Shown here piece after piece: positions 34,789 to 44,364 of a stretch of 64,000 nt of DNA. Both the position numbers and the translations under genes were made by a program. Every line of letters starts with the position of its first letter. The stretch's first letter is position 1. The stretch comes from a virus, in the IMG/VR virus record IMGVR_UViG_3300040944_000171, positions 6,627 through 70,626 of that record. One strand, written 5' to 3'. Under the pieces are notes generated by a model. The model made no database searches. It worked only from the letters and a program-made list of their open reading frames with translations, and was not told the origin of the DNA.

Positions 34789-35025
34789 ATGGGACGGGAG
34801 GACGCTCGAGCAGAGTTGCAACGGCTGGGTGCAGCGCGGCGCGCGGAGCTTGAGGCCGCCCGACGAGTCCAGGCGGAGATCATCGCTACCGTCCTGGAGG
34901 AGGTTGACGCTGGACGCTGGTCCGTGGCCAAAGTGGCAGAGCTGTTGCGGGTGAATCAATCGACGGCTTCGCGGATGATCTCGAGGGCGCGGCGGCGGCG
35001 TGAGGCGGCGCGCGGCAATGGCTAA
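34789..35025 (+). CDS. HTH DNA-binding protein
   Basis: SVAKVAELLRVNQSTASRMI. Confidence 0.75.
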   Translation: MGREDARAELQRLGAARRAELEAARRVQAEIIATVLEEVDAGRWSVAKVAELLRVNQSTASRMISRARRRREAARGNG

Positions 35026-35305
35026 AGCGGATCCGAAGCGGACTCTGGAGCGCTTGGGTGGTCAGCGACAGCGGTACCTTGCCGCAGCGCGCGAGTTGCA
35101 GGGCAGGATCCTGCCCATCCTCATCGAGGAGGTGGAGGCTGATCGGCTGGGGGTGGGCGAGGCCGCCGCCCTACTGAAAGTGAAGCACCCAGTGGTTTCC
35201 AAGATGATCGCGCGGGCGCGCCGGCGGGCGGAGAGGGAGGCTGAGGCGTCCCGCCAGGTGACCGAGGCGGACTTGGAGGCGGTGGAGCGGCGGCTGGGAT
35301 CCTGA
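35018..35305 (+). CDS. HTH DNA-binding protein (paralog of the previous gene)
   Basis: GVGEAAALLKVKHPVVSKMI; shared L.RLG..R...L.AAR..Q..I. Confidence 0.75.
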   Translation: MAKADPKRTLERLGGQRQRYLAAARELQGRILPILIEEVEADRLGVGEAAALLKVKHPVVSKMIARARRRAEREAEASRQVTEADLEAVERRLGS

Positions 35306-35342
35306 GAGCGAACTCGGCACGGGGCGGGAACGGTGATGCACA

Positions 35343-35573
35343 ATGCGGGCCGTGGGACGGCCTGGACGCCATGGCGAGTCGGCGGCGCGTCGCGACCTCA
35401 AACGGGCGGTGGACATCCTCCTGGACGCCAACCCCCAGGTGGAGGACGAGCTGTCCGAGTTCTGCGCCCAGCTGGAGCAGACGGGCGGGGCGGTGATCTC
35501 GGCCGTCGATGGGATCCATGGCGCCCTGGCGGCGCTGGGCCGTCTGCAGAGCCTCGCGGGGCGCGAGCGGTGA
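35343..35573 (+). CDS. hypothetical protein
   Basis: 76-aa ORF in the operon. Confidence 0.5.
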   Translation: MRAVGRPGRHGESAARRDLKRAVDILLDANPQVEDELSEFCAQLEQTGGAVISAVDGIHGALAALGRLQSLAGRER

Positions 35574-35998
35574 CGGTGGCAGGCCAGCCGCTGGGCGTCT
35601 GCCGGGTGCCCCACTGCGGGCGGCCGGCGCTCCGGATCGGTGGCCAGTGCTCCTGGCACGCCCAGCGCAAGCAGGTACTCGAGCCCGCCCAGGTGGAACT
35701 GCTCTTCCCCGAGGAGGGCGAGCGCGAGCGGCGGCAGCGGCGGGCCATCCTCGCCGCCACCGACCGGCTGCTCAGCGCCTGCGAGCGGCTGGCCGACGAA
35801 AAGGGCGCCGAGGCCCTGGTGCCCCCCCGCCTGGTGGAGCTCTACGCGGCCATGGGCGGCTGCACCGTCTGGGGCGACGCCTGGCCCACCGCCGTCGACC
35901 TCCACGAGGCCCTGCTCGCCATCCAGGAGGGCCTGGTTCGCCGGCCCGTGCTGGGGGCGGCGCTAACACCCTCAGTCCGGGTGGAGATCCATCGGTGA
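35570..35998 (+). CDS. Zn-finger protein
   Basis: CRVPHC...CSWH; GTGA-coupled. Confidence 0.55.
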   Translation: MTVAGQPLGVCRVPHCGRPALRIGGQCSWHAQRKQVLEPAQVELLFPEEGERERRQRRAILAATDRLLSACERLADEKGAEALVPPRLVELYAAMGGCTVWGDAWPTAVDLHEALLAIQEGLVRRPVLGAALTPSVRVEIHR

Positions 35999-36309
35999 TA
36001 TGGCACTGCGGGGCGTGCGGCGAGTACGTGGAGGGATACGACCACCCGATGGCCCTGATCCTCCGCCATCTCCTGGAGTGCCCGCGGACGCGGGTCGTGC
36101 GGCTCCGGCGCCACCACCGCCCCTTCCCGACGGCCCGCCGCCGCTGACCCACATCTGGCGCTGGCGCGCTCGGCTGCCAGAGCGCTTCGGCGAGCGCTGC
36201 CGGGTGGAGGCGCGCGGGGCTCGAGGCACCATCCTGGTGCGCTTCGCCGATGGCTTCGCGGTGACCACCTCCTGGCACGCGGTGCGCCGGGCCGGGCCTC
36301 CCGGCGCCT

Positions 36310-36343
36310 GATCTCCCTGCGGCGCCCGGGTGGCCCGTAGCAT
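36310..36343 (+). promoter_or_regulatory. putative late promoter GATCTCCC-N20-TAGCAT (leaderless)
   Basis: motif begins 41 nt before the ATG at 36351. Confidence 0.65.
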
Positions 36344-36350
36344 CGGGGCC

Positions 36351-37172
36351 ATGGCGCTGACGCTCGCCCAGTTCATGGCCCAGTATTCGGGGCAGACGGT
36401 CGATGACTGCGGCGGCTTCCCGCCGGGGGAGTGTACTTCGCTCGCCTGCCTCTGGTGCGTCAACCTCGGCCTCTCCACCCCGTGCGGCAGCTGCGGCGCG
36501 CCCGACCACTGCGACGGGGTGTGCTGGCAGGGGAGCGGCTATCCGGGCTGGACCTGGATCCCCAACGGGCCAGCCAACTTCCCGTCCCCGGGCGACCTCG
36601 TCTGCTTCCGGGGCGGCTGCCACTCGATCGGGGCGAGCGGGCATGTGGACATCTGCATCTCGGCCGATCCCGGCAGCTTCCAGTCGTTCGCCCAGAACTG
36701 GGATGGCGAATACTGCCAGGTGGTCACCCACACCGACTATGCCTGCGTGGTGGGGTGGCAGCACCCGGGGGTGACTCAGCCGGCGCCGGCGCCAGCCCCG
36801 GCTCCAGCGCCGCCCCTGCCCACCTGCAGCCCCGCCTGCGACTCCTGCTCAGCCTGCCAGGGTGGCCGATGCGTCTCCTCCTGCCCGGCGGGTTGGAGTT
36901 GCTCTGGGGGCCTCTGCGCCCCACCACCCTCGCCCCCAGCCGCAGCGCCAGCGCCGGCGCCTCTCAACCCGGCGGTGCCGGTTGTGGCCGCCTTGGTACT
37001 CGCGGCCCTGACCGGGGTGGCCGCCTGGCAGGCGACTCGCCACCGGCCCGGCCCGGGCCTGGGAGGTGGAGCGTCGCCACGGGCTGCCAGGCGGCCCCAG
37101 GCGGCCCCAGGGCCGCCGCTCACCCCCTCCGCGACCGCTGCGGCGGGGCACGGTTTCGGGAGCGGCGGATGA
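36351..37172 (+). CDS. Cys-rich CHAP-domain peptidoglycan hydrolase with C-terminal TM anchor
   Basis: GECTSL...PGDLVCF...GHVDI...QNW; Cys repeat; TM segment. Confidence 0.75.
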   Translation: MALTLAQFMAQYSGQTVDDCGGFPPGECTSLACLWCVNLGLSTPCGSCGAPDHCDGVCWQGSGYPGWTWIPNGPANFPSPGDLVCFRGGCHSIGASGHVDICISADPGSFQSFAQNWDGEYCQVVTHTDYACVVGWQHPGVTQPAPAPAPAPAPPLPTCSPACDSCSACQGGRCVSSCPAGWSCSGGLCAPPPSPPAAAPAPAPLNPAVPVVAALVLAALTGVAAWQATRHRPGPGLGGGASPRAARRPQAAPGPPLTPSATAAAGHGFGSGG

Positions 37173-38047
37173 GCGTCTCGGTGGCCCAGCGCGTCCAGCT
37201 GGCCTATGCCGCCGGCTTCCGCAACAGCGACGCGATAGAGGCGCTCTCCATCATCGTCGCGATCTCACTGGCGGAGTGCGGGCTGGGAGGGGCGTGCGAG
37301 ACCGGCTGCAACCCCGACTGCTGCGGGTGCGGCTGCTCCTCGGGGTGCGAGAGCTGCGGCGTGCTCCAGGTGTTCCAACCCTGCCACCCGGGCACGGCGG
37401 CGTGCGCCAGCGACCCCACCTGCGCCTTCACCCTCGGCTACGCGCTCTCCAGCGGCGGGGTGGCCTTCTCGCCCTGGTCCACCTACACGAGCGGCACCTT
37501 CCAGGGCTACATGACGGCGGCGCGGGCCGCCATCCAGGGCCTGCCACCGCCCATCGGCCCCGCCCCGCCGTCCCCTCCGCCGTGCCCCATCTGCGACTCA
37601 TGCTCCGCCTGCCAGTCGGGCACCTGCGTCTCTCGCTGCCACGCGCCTGCGGTGTGCAGCGACGGGGCCTGCATCGTGCCCTGCTCACCCGCCTGCGACC
37701 AGTGCTCCGTGTGCTCTGGGGGCACCTGCGTCTCCTCTTGCCCGGCCGACTGGGACTGCCTGGGCGGCCTCTGCGCCCCGCCGCTCATCCCGGTGGCGCC
37801 GGGGCCGGGGGCACCGCTGGCCCGTGCCTCGGTGATCGCCTTCGGCCTGCTCTCCGTGATCGGGGTGGTCGGCACCGCCTACGCGATCAGCCGCACGGGC
37901 TGGGGCCGAGGCGCCGCCCGCGACACCCTGGCCGTGCTCCGGCCGGGGGGCGTCCCGGCGCTGGGCCGCACGCTAACCCGCTCCACACCGGTCGCCCCGC
38001 TCACTCCGTCGCGGGCCGCCGCCAGCCACGCCTTCGGGGGCGGCTGA
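37169..38047 (+). CDS. Cys-rich lytic transglycosylase (SLT-like) with C-terminal TM anchor
   Basis: AYAAGF...VAISLAE...GVLQV...DP...FSPWSTY; Cys repeats; TM segment. Confidence 0.75.
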   Translation: MSVSVAQRVQLAYAAGFRNSDAIEALSIIVAISLAECGLGGACETGCNPDCCGCGCSSGCESCGVLQVFQPCHPGTAACASDPTCAFTLGYALSSGGVAFSPWSTYTSGTFQGYMTAARAAIQGLPPPIGPAPPSPPPCPICDSCSACQSGTCVSRCHAPAVCSDGACIVPCSPACDQCSVCSGGTCVSSCPADWDCLGGLCAPPLIPVAPGPGAPLARASVIAFGLLSVIGVVGTAYAISRTGWGRGAARDTLAVLRPGGVPALGRTLTRSTPVAPLTPSRAAASHAFGGG

Positions 38048-38054
38048 GCCCCGA

Positions 38055-38079
38055 GGGGAGGGGCGTCGAACCCCTCCCC
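38055..38079. terminator. hairpin between convergent genes
   Basis: GGGGAGGGG-cgtcgaa-CCCCTCCCC. Confidence 0.55.
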
Positions 38080-38095
38080 CAGGATAAGAGGGAGA

Positions 38096-39148
38096 TCAGA
38101 TGGCCGGTTGCGGGCCGACCCGGCGCCGCAGCGCCAGGAAGCCCAGCAGGGCGAGGCCGGTGACCATGAGCACGATGCCCAGGCTGGTCATCAGCCCTCC
38201 GCTACCGCCTCCCGCCCCGGTCGTCGGGGTCACCGCTGGCACGGGCGTCGCGGTCGGCGACGGCGTGGCCGTGGGCGTGGGAGTTGCGGTCGGGGTCGGG
38301 GTTGCCGTCGGCGTTGCGGTCGGCGTGGGCGTCGGCGTCGGAGTTGGCGTGGGCTCAGCCATGGTGATCGTGGCCTCAGCCGTGCCCGTGGCCGTGCATC
38401 CCTCCTCGGCGCCAGCCTGTACTGTGATGTCGGTGGTCACCACGGTGCCCGGAGCGTTGGAGCCCACCGTGAAGGTGAAGCTGTCGCTCTTGTACTGGTG
38501 GGCGGCATCGGTGTAGGTGCAGGTCTCGCTGTTGGTCCCGGCGGTGCATACCGCAGAGCCATCCCCGTTGCTGACGAAGGTCAGCAGCCCGTCCCACGTC
38601 AGTGTGGTGGTCATGTCGGGGTACTGATTGACGTCCTGCTCTGCAGTCACCGTCAGAGTGGTGGTGTCACCCGGATTCAGGCCCGTGTTGGGAGGCCCAA
38701 AGCAAGGACTCCCTGGCCAGACGGGATCACAAGCTCCTACCGTTCCAGAGTCGTAGTCGATGTAGATCCCTGAATCGCCTGTGACCTCAGATGACCAGCC
38801 CGTATCAGTGTCCGAGGTCCACTCAGCCTGAACGTACTGGCCGTTGCTCTGCAAGAGCGAGAAGTTGTACGGCTGAGTTGTGCTCGTCTCATCAGTCGTA
38901 GTGACTCCAGTAGCGAAGGTGGAGTCTGCCGACTGCTCCACGGTCACGTCGTAGTTCGACTCCGGGCTACCAAACGAAACGGTGAAGGTGTAGTGCGCCG
39001 AATCGCAAGGACAGATCGCTGTGAGCGTTGGCGGAGCACCCCAGGCGAGCGCGGTCACCCCGCCGATAGCGAGCGCCCCCCCGCCTCCGATGGCGAGCGC
39101 CGCCGCGAACGGCGCCGCCCAGCGCCGCATGATGCTGTGTCCTGTCAT
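38096..39148 (-). CDS. secreted cell-surface protein with LPXTG-like anchor
   Basis: signal peptide, Ig-like domains, (PT)n linker, TPTTG + TM + RRR. Confidence 0.8.
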   Translation of the reverse strand: MTGHSIMRRWAAPFAAALAIGGGGALAIGGVTALAWGAPPTLTAICPCDSAHYTFTVSFGSPESNYDVTVEQSADSTFATGVTTTDETSTTQPYNFSLLQSNGQYVQAEWTSDTDTGWSSEVTGDSGIYIDYDSGTVGACDPVWPGSPCFGPPNTGLNPGDTTTLTVTAEQDVNQYPDMTTTLTWDGLLTFVSNGDGSAVCTAGTNSETCTYTDAAHQYKSDSFTFTVGSNAPGTVVTTDITVQAGAEEGCTATGTAEATITMAEPTPTPTPTPTPTATPTATPTPTATPTPTATPSPTATPVPAVTPTTGAGGGSGGLMTSLGIVLMVTGLALLGFLALRRRVGPQPAI

Positions 39149-39366
39149 GGTTGGTCCCTCCTGACCTCGCGAGGATCCTTCGCGCCCCCGCTGGAGGGCA
39201 CCGTAGCACCATCTGCGGCGTTTGTCACGCTCCGGTGGCCTGGCGGTCGCGGAACGTCTGACGCGGAGTCGGCTGGGGGTTGCGCGCCCCAGCGGCGGGG
39301 CGCTACAGTGCGCCCGTGGCGATGCAGCGTACTGCCGCCGATCCTCCTCGATCCTCGGCTCCGCCC

Positions 39367-41366
39367 GTGGCGGTCACGGTCACCTGGACGGTGACGGTGG
39401 AACTGCTCGCGGCCGATCCCGACGTGGTTGATCGCACCCGGGGCCGGGGACCGATGGCGGCCGACTTCCAGGCGACCATGGGCTTGACCCAGCGGGCCAG
39501 CCTCGCCCGCCTGGGGGCCGCCACCGGCGTGTACGAGATCCCGCTCCACAGCCAGGTGGGGTGGGGCGACCTCCCCGATGACGCCCTAGAGGTCAAGGGC
39601 ACCCGCTGGGACCTGGAGAGCGTCGCCGTCGATGGCCAGGAGGTACCCGATGGCTGAGATGGTCCGGACGATCAGCGACGTGGCCCGCGAGCTGCCGCCT
39701 CTGGGTCGGCAGGGGCGCTGGGTGGACGGCACCTTCCTGCCCAGCACCGCCTGGATCCGGATCACGGAGGGGTCGGAGCCGGGCCATACCCACGCCTGGG
39801 CGGCGGCACCGATCCCGGAGGGGGCTCTGGGCGGGGCGGCGGAGTGCCCCTGCGGTGCCCGGGCGCGCTGGCGCCCGGTCAGCCTCGGCCCCGAGGTGGA
39901 GCAGGCCACGGCACTCGAGGAGTTGCGCGACCTCGCGGCGCGGTGGGGCGAGCGGCTGCGGCGGGGGCTGCGCCTGGTGATGCCGTCATGAGCGCCCTGC
40001 CCTTCCCGGGCGGCGCCCGCCCCATCCTCCGGCGGGCCAGCTGCCCCCGCTGCGGCGAGGAGTTCCCCCACGACTGCGTGCCGGTGGGGCACAGCCTGAA
40101 GCGGATCCGCGCGGTGCTCAGCGACGGGACCGCCATCGACCCGCCGCTCAGCCTGGACGACGGCCGCATCGCCCGGATGGAGGTGCACTGCGCCTGCGGG
40201 GTGATCGCCACCGGCTCCGATCTCGGCCCGGCCATGACCGAGTGGGGCACCCACCTCTCGCTGGCGACATGACCGACGAAGATACTGCGTCCTCCTTAGA
40301 GCATTTTCCCGTGGTTACAACGCACACCCTCGTCCAGCGCCGGGCGGCGGCGGGACGGAAGGGGAGCCGAACCCGGAAGCGGATGCTGGCTGGGCGCACG
40401 GCCCCGCCCCGGTTCCGCGCCTCCGGCGTCCCCGGCGAGGAGCTGCGCGACCTCCGCCACCGTCTGAGCCTCAGCCTTGACGAGATCTCCGGCCAGGCGG
40501 GGCGGCGGGTGAGCTCGCTGCAGCGCGCCGAGGCCCGGCCCTTCGTCGGCCGCGCCACCTCCCTCCTGTACGCCGGGGCGATGGAGGAGCTGCTCGCCGC
40601 CCGGCTCGCCGAGGTGCGGGCCTGGCTGCGCCGCCACGGGCCACGGCCGTGAGGGAGCCCATGCACGTCTACTTCCTCTCCAGCCGTCGGGGACTGCGGC
40701 CGCCCGGCTGGCGGGTCTGGTGCCCGTGCGGTTGGGAGAAGATCACGGCGACCAAGGGGGAGGCGCGGACACTCGGCAACCGGCATCTGGCCTCGGTGGC
40801 GCCGGTCGGGGGGAGAAGGTGACCGTGGGTGCGGAAGAGCGGCAGGAGTTCGACGGCTTCATGGAGAGGCTGTCCGAGGCACTCAGGCTGCGAGGCGAAC
40901 CCGACCGTCCGGTGTTGACGGACGGCGAACTCGATGCGCTCGAGATGCGGGAGCAGATCGTCAGTGGCACTCATCCCAATCAGGCGAGGAGGCTGGCGGC
41001 ACGCGACACGCTGACCCTGCTCGCCGAGGTCCGGGCATCCCGTGCCGCCATCGCCCTCTACCACGAGGCCATCCAGGAGTTCGTGACGGCGCGGGCGGGG
41101 GCGACATGAGCAGGCAGACGCTCCGGGCGTTGGCCTTTGAGCGGGGCTATGCGGAGCGGAGCGGGATCAGCGTTGAGCGCCTCCGCCTCCTCGGCCGCGT
41201 GGTCGCACCCTGCCACTGCGGCCACTCGGGCTGCGAGAGGTACCAGTCACTCTCGCGGGAGGCGATGGAGACGGACCGTCCACTTGGCCGCGTCCCTCCC
41301 GGCTGGACATGGCCGCCCGACGTGATCGACCCGGCGGTCCGCGCCGGAGGCATCCATGTCCACTGA
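39367..41366 (+). other. run of small coupled hypothetical genes (39367-39657, 39650-39991, 39988-40272, 40269-40652 HTH-like, 40819-41109, 41106-41366)
   Basis: overlapping stop/start codons; several CxxC motifs. Confidence 0.55.
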
Positions 41367-41997
41367 TACGCGCCCGATCAGTGACCGGGAGTTGACCGCG
41401 ACCACCGACGCCCAGGTGTGGGCGCGGGCCTTCCGGCAGCGGTTCCCGATCCAGGTCCGCAACGACGACCAGGAGCACACCCTCCTCGGCTGGTTCGCCA
41501 ACGCCATTGAGAGGGGACGGATGGCGGGCGAGGCGGGCCGCGACCAGGCGTACCGGGAACGCAATGAGGTGGCGGCGGCGCTGTCCAGCCTCTTCCCCGC
41601 CTGGCTGGGGTTCGACCCCGATGAGGTCGGGTGGCCGGTCGTCTACATCGCCCTCCCCACCGGCCAGGTCTCCTGGCACATCGCGCAGGCGGATCTGCCC
41701 CTCTTCGCCCACCTCCAGACGGATGCGCGGCCGTGGGACGAACACACCCGGGAGGAGCGCTCAGCGCGGCTCGCGGCGCTCAGCCTGGCGGCCCCCCCAC
41801 GCCTCCGCGCCCTGGAGCGGATTGAGGAGATCGAGCCCAGGAAACTACGCCGGATCGCGGACTTCCTGGATCTCATGGACACCCACCTCCGCATGCTGGG
41901 GGATGCGCTCCATGAGCCGATAGAGCCGGGCGACGAGATGCAGCATGACCTCCGGGAATGGGCAATCGAGATCGAGGAGGCGCGGGCCACCCGATGA
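41356..41997 (+). CDS. WDGH-domain phage protein
   Basis: YRERN...IALPTGQVSWH...WDEHT. Confidence 0.75.
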   Translation: MSTDTRPISDRELTATTDAQVWARAFRQRFPIQVRNDDQEHTLLGWFANAIERGRMAGEAGRDQAYRERNEVAAALSSLFPAWLGFDPDEVGWPVVYIALPTGQVSWHIAQADLPLFAHLQTDARPWDEHTREERSARLAALSLAAPPRLRALERIEEIEPRKLRRIADFLDLMDTHLRMLGDALHEPIEPGDEMQHDLREWAIEIEEARATR

Positions 41998-42344
41998 GCG
42001 GTGCCGTGAGACCCAGGCGGCCCGTACCCGTAGCCCTGGCCAGCGTGCCAGCGGTGGACGACTGGGCGAGGCACCACGGGCTGGACATGGCGGAGCACCG
42101 CCGGCTGATCCTCATCTCCGCCAGCGAGCATCCCGGATCAGGCTGCGAGGAGTGCGGGGGTCGGGGCATGATCGACTGCCCCGACTGCGAGGGCACGAGC
42201 GAGGTGGAGTGCGAGTGCTTCTGCGGCAATGAGCACACCGCCCCGTGCGAGCATTGCCATGAGACCGGCGAGGTGCCCTGCCCCGAGTGCGCAGATGACC
42301 GTGCGGCGGAGCGGGCCGCTTCGGCGCTGGAGGCGGAGGCATGA
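41994..42344 (+). CDS. DnaJ-type CxxCxGxG Zn-finger protein
   Basis: CEECGGRG, CPDCEGT, CEHCHETG. Confidence 0.7.
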   Translation: MSGAVRPRRPVPVALASVPAVDDWARHHGLDMAEHRRLILISASEHPGSGCEECGGRGMIDCPDCEGTSEVECECFCGNEHTAPCEHCHETGEVPCPECADDRAAERAASALEAEA

Positions 42345-42607
42345 TCGACGGCGCGGTGCTGAGGGCGCTGCGGCTGCTGGCCGGGGTGAGCCTTGAGGAA
42401 CTCGCCCAGCAACTTCAGGTGCACGTCTCCGTGGCCCAGGGGGTGGAGAGCCGTCACCGTGTCGGCCAGCGGGCGATGCGGAGGCACACCCAGGCGATCC
42501 GCGAGGTGGCGTATGAGCGCTGCCGGGCGGTGGATCACATGGTGGTGGAGCACGACCTCCTGGGCGTCCAGGCGGAGCGCGCGGCCCAGGCGAGGAGGCA
42601 CCAGTGA
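42341..42607 (+). CDS. XRE-like HTH protein
   Basis: LRALRLLAGVSLEELAQQL.V..S.....ES. Confidence 0.7.
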   Translation: MIDGAVLRALRLLAGVSLEELAQQLQVHVSVAQGVESRHRVGQRAMRRHTQAIREVAYERCRAVDHMVVEHDLLGVQAERAAQARRHQ

Positions 42608-43233
42608 GGAAGATCCTGACCCTCTTTGAGCGCAACGTGCCCGGTGACCGCCTGATCCGCGACGAGGTGGTGCCGGGTGCCGAGTGGGTGCTGGCGGGCG
42701 AGGGGGTGGCCACCCGCAAGTGGGATGGCACCGCCTGCCTGATCGACCAGGATGGGATGCTCCTCAAGCGGTACGACGCCAAGCCCGGACGGACGCCACC
42801 CGAGGGCTTCATCGCGGCCCAGGACGAGGATGCGAGCCCGGGCCACTGGCCGGGCTGGATCCCGGTCGGCGACGGCCCCAAGGATCGCTTCCACCGCGAG
42901 GCGTTGAGGGGTTGGGAGACGGAGCATGAGGGTGACGGGCCTCCACCCGGCACCTATGAGCTGGTCGGCCCCAAGGTCTCATCGTCGCCGGAGGGTGGCT
43001 GCGAGCGGCTCACCCCAGACTCCCCGCCGCTCGACCATCACATCCTGGTGGCGCACGGCCAGGAGATCCTGGAGGGGGTGCCCCGTGACTTCGCCGGGCT
43101 GCGTGACTGGCTGATCCATCACAACATCGAGGGCATCGTCTGGTGGCACCCGGACGGGCGGATGGTCAAGATCAAGGGCAAGGACTTCGGTCACCGCCGA
43201 CCGGTGCGGCGCTGGGTTGAGGGCAGCGCATGA
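42604..43233 (+). CDS. RNA ligase-like nucleotidyltransferase (DUF5565/RLIG1-like)
   Basis: ATRKWDGTAC, TYELVGPKV, EGIVW, MVKIK. Confidence 0.8.
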   Translation: MRKILTLFERNVPGDRLIRDEVVPGAEWVLAGEGVATRKWDGTACLIDQDGMLLKRYDAKPGRTPPEGFIAAQDEDASPGHWPGWIPVGDGPKDRFHREALRGWETEHEGDGPPPGTYELVGPKVSSSPEGGCERLTPDSPPLDHHILVAHGQEILEGVPRDFAGLRDWLIHHNIEGIVWWHPDGRMVKIKGKDFGHRRPVRRWVEGSA

Positions 43234-44114
43234 GACCGCAGACGATCCTGGTCACGGGCAGCGGCGGCTTCATCGGTCGGCACCTTCTGGCTGCGTGCCG
43301 GGAGCGCTACGGCGAGGCGGCGTTCGGCTCGCTCGATGTGAAGGCTGGTAACGACTGCCGCACCCGCCTCCCTCACATGGGCGGGTACGACCTCGCCTTC
43401 CACTGTGCCGCGCTCACCGGCGGCATCGAGGGGATCACGAGGTTCCCGGCGCAGATCGGGGCCATGAACGCCCAGCTCGACGGGGCCTTCTTCGAGTGGG
43501 CGCTCCGCACCCGGCCCCAGCACGTCGTCTACTTCAGCTCCAGCTGCGTCTATCCGCTGCACATCCAGCGCCCTGGCCGGCGGCTCTCCGAGGCCGATGC
43601 CCAGGTGAGCGACTACCACGGCCAGGCCGACGCCACCTACGGCTGGGTGAAGCTCACCGGCGAGGTGCTCGCCGAGTCCGTGCGCTCCGCCGGGGTGCCG
43701 GTGACCATCGTCCGCCCGTTCAGCGTGTATGGGAGCGATCAGGAGACCAGCCACGTCGTGCCGGTGTTCGCGGAGCGGGCCGTCTCCCCGGCCCAGGCGC
43801 TCGAGGTGTGGGGCGACGGCACCCAGACCCACGACTTCGTCCACGTCGATGACTGCGTGGCGGCCGTCCTCGCGCTCGCCGATGGCGGCGTCGACGGGCC
43901 GGTCAACATCGGTACGGGGGTGGGCACGTCGGTGGACGAGGTCGCCCGCCTGGCCATGCGGGCGGCGGGCCGGGAGCGGCCGCTCCTCCACCGCACCGAC
44001 CGGCCGGTGGGGGTCCCGTACCGGGTGGCCGATGTCACACTGCTCCAGAGCGTCTACACCCCGCAGATCTCCATCGAGGAGGGGGTCGCGCGGGCCGTCC
44101 GCTTTCGTCAGTAG
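43230..44114 (+). CDS. NAD-dependent epimerase/dehydratase
   Basis: TGSGGFIG, SSSCVY, YGWVK, RPFSVYG, DFVHVDD. Confidence 0.92.
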   Translation: MRPQTILVTGSGGFIGRHLLAACRERYGEAAFGSLDVKAGNDCRTRLPHMGGYDLAFHCAALTGGIEGITRFPAQIGAMNAQLDGAFFEWALRTRPQHVVYFSSSCVYPLHIQRPGRRLSEADAQVSDYHGQADATYGWVKLTGEVLAESVRSAGVPVTIVRPFSVYGSDQETSHVVPVFAERAVSPAQALEVWGDGTQTHDFVHVDDCVAAVLALADGGVDGPVNIGTGVGTSVDEVARLAMRAAGRERPLLHRTDRPVGVPYRVADVTLLQSVYTPQISIEEGVARAVRFRQ

Positions 44115-44124
44115 GAGGATGACC

Positions 44125-44352
44125 ATGGCTCAGCATGTGATCCGTGTCCTGGGGCGTCGTGGGGACGCGCCCATCACCTTTGACCCGAAGGCGCCGGCGG
44201 AGGTGGACGCCGCCCGGGCGGTGTTCGACCGCCTGATGGGCAAGGGCCACGCCGCCTTCGCCGACTACGGCGACGGGGTCAGCACCAGGGTCAAGGAGTT
44301 CGACCCGCACGCCGTCGAGACCACCATCATCGCCCCCGTCCAGGGGGGCTGA
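44125..44352 (+). CDS. 75-aa protein ending in di-glycine
   Basis: AGGAGG RBS; ...FDPHAVETTIIAPVQGG*. Confidence 0.75.
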   Translation: MAQHVIRVLGRRGDAPITFDPKAPAEVDAARAVFDRLMGKGHAAFADYGDGVSTRVKEFDPHAVETTIIAPVQGG

Positions 44353-44364
44353 CGCCGGATCGCG

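Noticed and set aside
38244-38355. (PT)n low-complexity repeat
   Set aside because: An ordinary Pro/Thr linker of a surface protein.
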